From NCBI GenBank assembly GCA_964363945.1, contig CAYIKF010000001.1, forward strand, positions 1-55,663: 55,663 bases of DNA, read 5' to 3'. Both the position numbers and the translations under genes were made by a program. The notes under the pieces are model-generated. The model searched no databases. It was not told the DNA's origin and saw nothing but the letters and a program-made list of their open reading frames with translations. The number at the start of each line of letters is the position of its first letter. The first letter of the stretch is position 1. Positions 43,053 through 50,018 of the stretch are shown piece after piece. This DNA comes from an uncultured Gammaproteobacteria bacterium. Lineage in GTDB: Bacteria; Patescibacteriota; Microgenomatia; UBA8517; JACQJR01.

Positions 43053-45277
43053 TATGGTTTTCCGCTTGGGTTATGCACCAATTTGTATACCTTTACCCCC
43101 GCCACATCCCACTCTTCATCGATTTTTGACCAGCCAAAAACTGTAATTTCCGCCTTTGGGCTGTGAGTTGGGTCGCATTTTTCTTGAGGTAATTCACACA
43201 CAACGAATAATTGCTCGGCAACTGTTTCTTCGTAACGGAGCGGATCAATATCCCGGACCGGCTCTCTCCACCATTCAAGGAAATACTGATACGCATCTTC
43301 ATAATTACGCTCGGCCAAGACAGCCAAATTAAATGTTTGACCTTTTGCTTCCTGCACAATCTTCGCCGACACCTCTTCCGTCCTTTGAAGTTGTCTTTGT
43401 GGTGGATTTTTAATTGGCGTCTGGTAAAGATTTAGAACAACCAACCCTACTATACCAATCAATAATATCCACCTGAAACCTGGCACCTGAAACCTGGCAC
43501 CTGAAACCTGTTGGGCAATCATGCCCAACAGTACGAATGGTACCATAAACATAAATCCAAAATAGTGGTCGTAGATATTTTGTTTTAAAAGAGCCATACC
43601 ACTTAAACCGAACCCCGTCCAAACAAGAAGGAGAAAAGCGGGTGACTGGAAGAATGTTTGGCGCTGTTTGACTACAATCCAAAACGTACCTATAAGGGTA
43701 ACCACGGCAACGAGTTTTCCCCACAATTCGTTCATTGCGCCAACCAAACGTGTAATCTCTTGCTGGAACAATGGCCACAGTTCTGGAATTGCATTCCAAG
43801 GACGAGCAGAAACAGTGGCTTGACGCTCGGTAAAGAAAATGCGCATTGCCTCAAAATTGCGCCAACCATGGCGGGCATCAAAGATGACAAGAGGAGACAT
43901 TAAGACTGCGAATATTACAATAGAAATCAGGGTATATCGCAGTAATTTTCCAATTTCCAATTTCCAATTTCCAATTAGTTTCGAATTGCGAATTTGAAAA
44001 AATGTTAATAACCAAAAAAGGCCTATTGTTGGAGCAAGGAGAAGGCCGAGATAGTGTGACTGTAACACGAACGCATACGATACCCCAAGCACAATAAGCC
44101 ATTTCCATTCCTGATACTTCCAGACACGCCAAATACTATAAATAGAAAGTATAGCAAAAAAGGGCATGATATTAGGATTCCAAGAGGAGCGAGAATAAGT
44201 AACGACAACCGGTGAAACTGCATACAAACTTGCGGCAACAACTGCCGCTACTTTTCCAAACCACTCCCTGCTAACCCACCAAACAAATCCAATAGTAATC
44301 ACTCCGAGAGTAGCAATTTGTGCTACGGGACCAACTGGGGAAAGACGAAAAAGAAAAAGTGCCGGTGCCATCAGGTAATAATAAAGGGGTCCTAGATACA
44401 TATTGCCAATAGAGGTACCCGGACCGACTAAAATAGGGTCGAAGTCAACGAGCAGACGGCGTACCACAATCGCATCTCTCCCCTCATCTCCCAGGAAAGT
44501 CATATATTCTGATAATCGATAAAATCGAAGAAACGCACCAACGATTAAAATTGTGAGTAAGGCAAAAAATTCAAGTTTCGGCAAGAATTTCCACCAAATT
44601 TTAAAAAGATCGATGTAAGACTGTATTATTACTTTTATATTAGCTCCCGTAGGTCTGCCAGCAAGACGTGGATAATGGTTAACCCCCACTTCAACAACGC
44701 TGAACCCAAATTTTTTAGCCTTTATTGCAAGTTCTGCATTAATCATTCCTCCCCGTTTTGACTCAAGATGTGGAATCTGCTCAAGTACTCTTCTTTTAAT
44801 CATCTTAAAACCACAATCAACATCCCTCAGTTTTAAACCAAAAAGGGTAAATAAGGATAACGCCCATCCTTTTGCAAAAAGAAGTCTAAAAAATGGGTCT
44901 TGCCTTTTAATCCTGTATCCAACAATCAAATCAGCGGTATCTAATTTTTCTATAAATTTTGAACTTTCTGAAAAATCAAATTGCCCATCAGAATCTGTAT
45001 ACGCAATTACATCATACTTGGCATTATAAAATCCTGACTTTAAAGCCTCACCATAACCTAAGTTTTTCTTATGACTAACAACACGAATGTTAGGATAGTG
45101 CTTCTCTAACTTTTGGGCAACTTCAAGGGTTTTATCACTTGAGCCGTCATTAACAATAATGACTTCCCACTGTGCCGCAATTTTTTTAAGGACACCAATT
45201 GTTTTCTCAACTGTACGTTCTAAATTTGCTTCTTCGTTATAAGCAGGGAAGAAGACGGAGAGCGCGCTGATTTTCAT
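43052..45277 (-). CDS. Fusion protein: N-terminal Dpm1/GtrB-like polyprenyl-phosphate glycosyltransferase (GT2) plus C-terminal GT-C-like family-B membrane domain
   Basis: 741 aa in one uninterrupted ORF. Residues 1 to about 230 carry LSVFFPAYNEEANL, IVNDGSSDKT, TDSDGQ, DVDCGFKM and HYPRLAGRPTG. The rest is polytopic and carries GDEGRDAIVVRRL...ILVGPGTSIGNMYLGPLYYYLMAP. It contains a GGAAATT array and a 14-mer array. Confidence 0.75.
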   Translation of the reverse strand: MKISALSVFFPAYNEEANLERTVEKTIGVLKKIAAQWEVIIVNDGSSDKTLEVAQKLEKHYPNIRVVSHKKNLGYGEALKSGFYNAKYDVIAYTDSDGQFDFSESSKFIEKLDTADLIVGYRIKRQDPFFRLLFAKGWALSLFTLFGLKLRDVDCGFKMIKRRVLEQIPHLESKRGGMINAELAIKAKKFGFSVVEVGVNHYPRLAGRPTGANIKVIIQSYIDLFKIWWKFLPKLEFFALLTILIVGAFLRFYRLSEYMTFLGDEGRDAIVVRRLLVDFDPILVGPGTSIGNMYLGPLYYYLMAPALFLFRLSPVGPVAQIATLGVITIGFVWWVSREWFGKVAAVVAASLYAVSPVVVTYSRSSWNPNIMPFFAILSIYSIWRVWKYQEWKWLIVLGVSYAFVLQSHYLGLLLAPTIGLFWLLTFFQIRNSKLIGNWKLEIGKLLRYTLISIVIFAVLMSPLVIFDARHGWRNFEAMRIFFTERQATVSARPWNAIPELWPLFQQEITRLVGAMNELWGKLVAVVTLIGTFWIVVKQRQTFFQSPAFLLLVWTGFGLSGMALLKQNIYDHYFGFMFMVPFVLLGMIAQQVSGARFQVPGFRWILLIGIVGLVVLNLYQTPIKNPPQRQLQRTEEVSAKIVQEAKGQTFNLAVLAERNYEDAYQYFLEWWREPVRDIDPLRYEETVAEQLFVVCELPQEKCDPTHSPKAEITVFGWSKIDEEWDVAGVKVYKLVHNPSGKP
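43471..43510. repeat. Tandem 14-mer array ACCTGAAACCTGGC, about 2.9 units, in frame in the fusion gene
   Basis: Read directly. It encodes SGARFQVPGFRW. Confidence 0.9.
43947..43974. repeat. Tandem heptamer array (TTTCCAA)x4 on the plus strand, GGAAATT on the coding strand
   Basis: Read directly. It encodes LIGNWKLEIGK in the fusion gene. Confidence 0.95.
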
Positions 45278-45304
45278 ATCAGTTTATGATACTATGAAAA
45301 AGGT
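45278..45304. promoter_or_regulatory. 27-bp divergent intergenic region between the fusion gene and 45305-46462, presumed to hold the start of the long minus-strand operon
   Basis: It contains overlapping -10-like hexamers (TATGAT/TACTAT on plus; TAGTAT/TATCAT on minus) and AAAGGT directly before the plus-strand ATG. No -35 could be assigned. Confidence 0.3.
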
Positions 45305-46462
45305 ATGCGACTCAACGAAAGAGTACTCCATATTCTTGCCATCGCAGCTGCCACTCTCATCCCTCCTATCCTTGTGTGGGCACCCTTTTTCATACGAATG
45401 CCATCCTTTTGGGGAATAAAGCTACCTCAAGAGGGTATGGCAACAATCATCGCTAATTTTGACGGCCCTTACTATATTGTGGCGGCAAAAACCCTCTATA
45501 ACACTGCTGCTTTGGGGCAATTCGAATTTCCTCTTCCCAAAGAATACTATGCTGCTCACTTCCCCGCCTTTCCGCTCCTCATTCGTGCGTTCTCTCCTCT
45601 CTTTGGATATCCATGGGCAATGATGATTGTCACGCTCCTCTCTTCGTTCGTGGCACTCATGCTATTTTATCTGCTCATCCGACAGGTAGGACTTAAGACA
45701 CACGCACTATGGCTTACATTGGTATTTGCAGTTTTTCCTGCTCGGTGGTTAATTGTCCGTTCAGTCGGTTCCCCCGAACCCCTCTTCATCGCAGCAGTTC
45801 TGGCGAGTTTTTATTTCCTCTTACGAGGAAATTATTGGGCGACGGGTATCGCGGGTGCTGTCGCAATGTTTACTAAATCTCCCGGGATTTTACTGTTTGC
45901 CGCGCTCACTGCAGCACTCGCCGCACCACACATTCATAACCTTTTCATCCAACCGACGAGTACTCTTCGAAAGCTTTTACCCCAAGGTTTACCGCTTCTC
46001 TTTATTCCTGCCACGGTTTTACTGGTGTTTGCCTGGTATGCACGCGCGTATGGCGACTTTTTCGCATATTTCCATTCCGGGGACAACATCCATCTTCTTT
46101 TTCCCCCTTTTCAAGTATTTAATGCCGCACAAACTTGGGTTGGGACATTTTGGCTTGAAGAAATTAACTGGCTTTACCTTTTCGGCTTTTTAGGGGTGTT
46201 TGCCTTAATTAAAAAGCGTCAATTTCCGTTTGCATGGTTTGTAGGAACATTTTTTGCATCAACCCTATTTGTCTCCCATAGAGATATCGCTCGTTATATC
46301 CTCCCAATTGTTCCATTTTTATTTATCGCTTTTTCTGACGTACTTACCAGTCGCCCCTTCAGGTGGGCACTTGCACTCCTTTTGCTCCCCATTTATCTGT
46401 CCGCGCTCAATTTTATTATCGGGAATGTCACTCCAATTGCCGACTGGAGACCACTGTTGTAA
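45305..46462 (+). CDS. Polytopic membrane protein, PIG-V-like (GT-C), paralog class of 3371-4537
   Basis: 385 aa with DGPYYIVAAKTLY...YYAAHFPAFPLLIRAF and about 9 TM helices. Divergently arranged, 27 bp from the fusion gene. Confidence 0.5.
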   Translation: MRLNERVLHILAIAAATLIPPILVWAPFFIRMPSFWGIKLPQEGMATIIANFDGPYYIVAAKTLYNTAALGQFEFPLPKEYYAAHFPAFPLLIRAFSPLFGYPWAMMIVTLLSSFVALMLFYLLIRQVGLKTHALWLTLVFAVFPARWLIVRSVGSPEPLFIAAVLASFYFLLRGNYWATGIAGAVAMFTKSPGILLFAALTAALAAPHIHNLFIQPTSTLRKLLPQGLPLLFIPATVLLVFAWYARAYGDFFAYFHSGDNIHLLFPPFQVFNAAQTWVGTFWLEEINWLYLFGFLGVFALIKKRQFPFAWFVGTFFASTLFVSHRDIARYILPIVPFLFIAFSDVLTSRPFRWALALLLLPIYLSALNFIIGNVTPIADWRPLL

Positions 46463-46474
46463 ATTTAAGACTTT

Positions 46475-47314
46475 ATGAATATAGGATTTTTTTATGCAAT
46501 AGCTTCGGCCATAGCGTGGGGCTCTTACCTCGTTCCATTTAAGAAATCTCAGTCTTCCAACTTTACCCAATTTCAAATGCTCATGACTATTGGTATAATC
46601 CTTTTTTCAATAGTAAGTATCCCTTTTCTCAACTACTCCTTTAATGTAAACCTCTTTGGTCTGATAAGCGGGATTATGTGGGCTTCCGCTAATGCAATAT
46701 CTCTCTATGGCGTTAGAGATCTTGGTCTGTCTCGATTTGTACCAATATCTGTTTCTTTAGTTATTTTTGTGTCGTTCTTATGGGGAGCTTTTGTATTTCA
46801 TGAGTTGTCGGCAGGATTTTTAACAGGAATTGTGGGAATTGTGCTTATTATTGTTGGAGTTATCCTTATTGGAACAACAGGCAATACTCAGAGCGAAAAC
46901 GTTAAGCGTGGAATCATTTTATCTGTAGTAGCAGGAATCATCTGGGGTAGCCAATTAGTTCCGCTTCGACTTGGAAATCTTACACCTTCAGATTTTTTCT
47001 TTTCAATGTCTTTGGGTATTGCTCTATTTGGAATCGCGTATTTTTTTCATAAACGGGAGTCATTCCGAAATGAGGCGGTGGGAAATAGCATACTAAGTGG
47101 TATTTTATGGAGTATTGGAAATCTATTGAGTATTATTACCGTATCGCTAATCGGTTTGGCAAAAGGTTTTCCTCTTACGCAAGCATCAGTACTTATTGCT
47201 GTAATCTGGGGAGTATTCTACTTTAAAGAAATAACCAAAAGTTCCGATATTAGAAAAATTTTAATCGGGTCTGTAATTCTTATGGCAGGAGTCGTGATAC
47301 TTGGTCTTGCTTAG
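46475..47314 (+). CDS. DMT-superfamily (EamA/GRP-like) 10-TM transporter, possibly sugar or nucleotide-sugar
   Basis: 279 aa with two homologous 5-TM halves. The N-terminus FFYAIASAIAWGSYLVPFK is typical of DMT transporters. Substrate unknown. Confidence 0.5.
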   Translation: MNIGFFYAIASAIAWGSYLVPFKKSQSSNFTQFQMLMTIGIILFSIVSIPFLNYSFNVNLFGLISGIMWASANAISLYGVRDLGLSRFVPISVSLVIFVSFLWGAFVFHELSAGFLTGIVGIVLIIVGVILIGTTGNTQSENVKRGIILSVVAGIIWGSQLVPLRLGNLTPSDFFFSMSLGIALFGIAYFFHKRESFRNEAVGNSILSGILWSIGNLLSIITVSLIGLAKGFPLTQASVLIAVIWGVFYFKEITKSSDIRKILIGSVILMAGVVILGLA

Positions 47315-47345
47315 AAAACTATCCCCCATCTCCGACTGGGGCCCA

Positions 47346-48077
47346 TTACTGTAATCCAATTCTCTTGGGTGGAAGTGATAATTTTTTACTCAGTTCACCA
47401 ATCAAGAAATCTATCACTTGAGAGTCATATTCTGCTGGCTGTTGAACTATTGGTACGGAACCACTCCAGGGGCTCCTGTACTCTCCTCGTGAAGCCTCCT
47501 TATCGATAAACACACCACTTAACAATCCTGTTCCGTGGCTATATTTTTCGTTGTAAACGGGACTTCTGACAACAAATTCCGCAACCTCTCTACCAACTAA
47601 TATCAAGCGGTCATGCCAAGTGTATAGAGCCGCACTATTTGGATCCCTATTCAAATTACGACCCGGTAAAACAGCTCCTACATGTCTTTCTCCTACATCT
47701 TGCCAACTATTCTCTTTTGAGCCATAGAAAAAATATTCCCAGGTAGCTCCACCATGGGCAGTTTTTGACCTCTCACCGGTAAATATTTTTGCCATTACTA
47801 AAGCCTTATCAAAAGCCTTCAGCCAATCTCTAGCTAATAATTCTCCTCGTGCAACTAAAAGACCCTCTTCAGGTGCTATTTCTCCAATAAAACCATCAAA
47901 TAAAAACTCTACGTCTATTGATCCAATTCCATCAGCATAAGAAGCCCAACAAACCATTGCTTGTTCGAATTCTTTTACAACTTGCGATTTTTCTTTAAGG
48001 GAAGAATAAACACGACTAACTACCTCTTGAGGTCTTAGACTTTCTTCTGGAGTCATTCTATCTTTATCTTCAACCAT
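47346..48077 (-). CDS. Hypothetical soluble protein, no family recognised
   Basis: 243-aa ORF preceded by a canonical sigma70-like promoter (48092-48119). No motif known to me. Confidence 0.5.
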   Translation of the reverse strand: MVEDKDRMTPEESLRPQEVVSRVYSSLKEKSQVVKEFEQAMVCWASYADGIGSIDVEFLFDGFIGEIAPEEGLLVARGELLARDWLKAFDKALVMAKIFTGERSKTAHGGATWEYFFYGSKENSWQDVGERHVGAVLPGRNLNRDPNSAALYTWHDRLILVGREVAEFVVRSPVYNEKYSHGTGLLSGVFIDKEASRGEYRSPWSGSVPIVQQPAEYDSQVIDFLIGELSKKLSLPPKRIGLQ

Positions 48078-48091
48078 AAAAGTTTTTTAAT

Positions 48092-48119
48092 ACTATATCT
48101 GGGATTAGAAGTTTGTCAA
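48092..48119 (-). promoter_or_regulatory. Sigma70-type promoter candidate TTGACA-N16-TATAGT for 47346-48077
   Basis: The minus strand reads TTGACA (48114-48119), a 16-nt spacer, then TATAGT (48092-48097), 14 nt upstream of the ATG. Confidence 0.5.
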
Positions 48120-48136
48120 TCGATAAATTAGAAGAT

Positions 48137-48730
48137 TTATACCTTCCGGGCGAGGAAATTAAGATAGTTACTTGTCCGGGGCTTGAATTGCTCGAAGTGA
48201 ATAATTTGAAAGCTATAAGAGTTTAAACATTCTCTTAAATCTTCTTTCTGATAATAAACAAAGAGACGAGGTTCACCTCCCAACGAATAACGAATTTCTT
48301 CTCCCTCTCCTTCAATCATTCCCAACCCAAATACCCCATTAGGAACAAGCACTCTCCATATCTCTCGCAACGTCCTATTCATGTAAGAGCGGTCCACGTG
48401 GAGAAGAGAAGTATAAGCCCATACACCGTCAAAAGATTGATTTGCAAACGGAAGATTTAAAAAGTCAGCTTGAACTGAAGGCAATCCTCTTTCTGTTGCT
48501 CTCTCGACCATGCTTCTCGCTGCATCAAGACACACGACATCGACTCCTGTATTTTTAATAATCAAGCCATCTCTCCCCGGACCACTTCCCACATCAAGTA
48601 CCACTCCGCTACGAACGCTTTCTTTATACTTTCTAATAATTGCATCAGGAAATTCCTCCCAGAATGTATCTGTCTCCTGCTCATATGCTCCCACCATACG
48701 ATTGTATGTGTTAACAGTTTCTGTGTGCAT
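48137..48730 (-). CDS. Class I SAM-dependent methyltransferase
   Basis: 197 aa with motif I VLDVGSGPGRDG, then VVCLDAARSM and FDGVWAYTSLLHV. Confidence 0.85.
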   Translation of the reverse strand: MHTETVNTYNRMVGAYEQETDTFWEEFPDAIIRKYKESVRSGVVLDVGSGPGRDGLIIKNTGVDVVCLDAARSMVERATERGLPSVQADFLNLPFANQSFDGVWAYTSLLHVDRSYMNRTLREIWRVLVPNGVFGLGMIEGEGEEIRYSLGGEPRLFVYYQKEDLRECLNSYSFQIIHFEQFKPRTSNYLNFLARKV

Positions 48731-48739
48731 TCAAGGAGG

Positions 48740-48748
48740 ATTATAACA
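48740..48748 (-). promoter_or_regulatory. Extended -10 candidate TGTTATAAT, 9 nt upstream of the methyltransferase ATG
   Basis: Read directly on the minus strand. The intervening CCTCCTTGA contains no SD-like purine run. Confidence 0.4.
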
Positions 48749-48765
48749 CCTTTGACAAAGAAGAA

Positions 48766-49974
48766 TTAGAATATATTTTTGAGCTTTGCGTAGACTTTTG
48801 CAAAACTCCAGCGTCTCCAAATAAAGAGATTATACATTGTGTAATTGTAGGGAATAATTAAGAATGCAACAGCAATAACAAGGAAAGTTTGACGAACAAG
48901 TCGGGTATCCCCAAAGAAAATAACGCCTGTACCAACCACCAAGGATTGAATGACAATTGCCCCAAAGGAAGTGAGATTAAATTGAACAAACTTTTTTATA
49001 TACCGAAGAGGGCCTTTTATCTGTATATCCTCAAAGGTCCACAAATTATCAAGGTTGAAGTTTGAGAAAATAGCCAATTCCGCAGCTGCTGCAGCTGCCC
49101 AAAAAGAAGGTTCGGCAATTACGGCAAAAGAGGTATCACGAGCTTGGACAAAAAATCCCGCTAGAGCCTGCGTCCAGGGCAACATCCGGAAAACCTCAAG
49201 ACCCACAGCGTTAATGACAAATCCTATCCCTCCAACAATTGCAAACTTTAGAAATCGAGTCCTCAGCCGCAACACAATAAAAAACGTATCAAATGTTTCT
49301 TTTAATTTGAATTTTGATTGTTCTGCCTTCCTTGGCAAAAAGGCAATAGGAACTTCCTTAACTTTTGCCCCCAATTTTAAAAGTTCGAAAAGAAGGTGAA
49401 TTTTGTACGCATAACTTGCTTTTCCGAATAAGCTATCAAGCGCGACCTTTGATAATACCTTTGTTTTCGTTAAACGAAATCCAGTGGTCAAATCGTGAAC
49501 TTGGGGTAAAAAAAGAACTGTTCTGGCAAAAAGATTACCGCCAAACGAGAGGAATTTCCTATAAAATGCCCACTCTTTCGGAACGGATCCGCCTTTTATG
49601 TAGCGTGACCCGATAACTACATCGGCTTGCTGGGAAGCAGCGACTAAGCGCGGGACATCCGCAGGATTGTGCTGGAAATCTGCGTCCATTTCAACCACTG
49701 CATCTGCCTTCATCTTGGCAATTGCATATTTCATTCCCCTGATATAGGCAAAACCAAGACCCTGTTTTTCTCCAGTCATTAAGTGAAGATTTTTGTATTT
49801 CTTCGTCGCTTCACGAACGACTTCTCCTGTGCCGTCAGGAGAGTTATCATCAACTACAAGTAAATGCATTTCGTGGTCGCGAATTTTAGGAAATTCTTCC
49901 TCAAAAAGCACGTCAATCATCCGAGCAATATTCCCCCGCTCGTTGTATGTCGGCATGATAATGACAATACGCAT
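48766..49974 (-). CDS. Dpm1-like polyprenyl-phosphate mannosyl/glycosyl-transferase (GT2) fused to a C-terminal GtrA-like 4-TM domain
   Basis: 402 aa with IVIIMPTYNERGNI, VVDDNSPDGTGE, EMDADFQH and DLTTGFRL. After about residue 240 there are four hydrophobic helices (FLKFAIVGGIGFVINAVG...) resembling GtrA-family proteins. Confidence 0.8.
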   Translation of the reverse strand: MRIVIIMPTYNERGNIARMIDVLFEEEFPKIRDHEMHLLVVDDNSPDGTGEVVREATKKYKNLHLMTGEKQGLGFAYIRGMKYAIAKMKADAVVEMDADFQHNPADVPRLVAASQQADVVIGSRYIKGGSVPKEWAFYRKFLSFGGNLFARTVLFLPQVHDLTTGFRLTKTKVLSKVALDSLFGKASYAYKIHLLFELLKLGAKVKEVPIAFLPRKAEQSKFKLKETFDTFFIVLRLRTRFLKFAIVGGIGFVINAVGLEVFRMLPWTQALAGFFVQARDTSFAVIAEPSFWAAAAAAELAIFSNFNLDNLWTFEDIQIKGPLRYIKKFVQFNLTSFGAIVIQSLVVGTGVIFFGDTRLVRQTFLVIAVAFLIIPYNYTMYNLFIWRRWSFAKVYAKLKNIF

Positions 49975-49980
49975 AATTTC

Positions 49981-49989
49981 ACTTTAGCA
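49981..49989 (-). promoter_or_regulatory. Extended -10-like TGCTAAAGT, 6 nt upstream of the ATG of 48766-49974
   Basis: Read on the minus strand. The spacing implies a leaderless or near-leaderless mRNA. Confidence 0.35.
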
Positions 49990-49997
49990 AAGCAAAT

Positions 49998-50006
49998 TGG
50001 TAAAAT
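49998..50006 (+). promoter_or_regulatory. Extended -10 candidate TGGTAAAAT for trmD, followed by GAGG (50011-50014)
   Basis: Read directly. It lies 12 nt upstream of the trmD ATG. Confidence 0.4.
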
Positions 50007-50018
50007 ACAAGAGGTAGT

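Noticed and set aside
47315-47345. A bidirectional rho-independent terminator between the convergent genes 46475-47314 and 47346-48077
   Set aside because: Only a 5-bp stem (CCCCA/TGGGG) with an 8-nt loop and no T-tract. That is too weak to call.
48078-48136. Small RNA genes (tRNA or other ncRNA) in the few intergenic gaps longer than 40 bp: 48078-48136, 51756-51807, 52333-52400 and 19655-19706
   Set aside because: None has cloverleaf-compatible stems or conserved tRNA boxes. The gaps are explained by promoter-like elements or by the duplicated archease 3' end.
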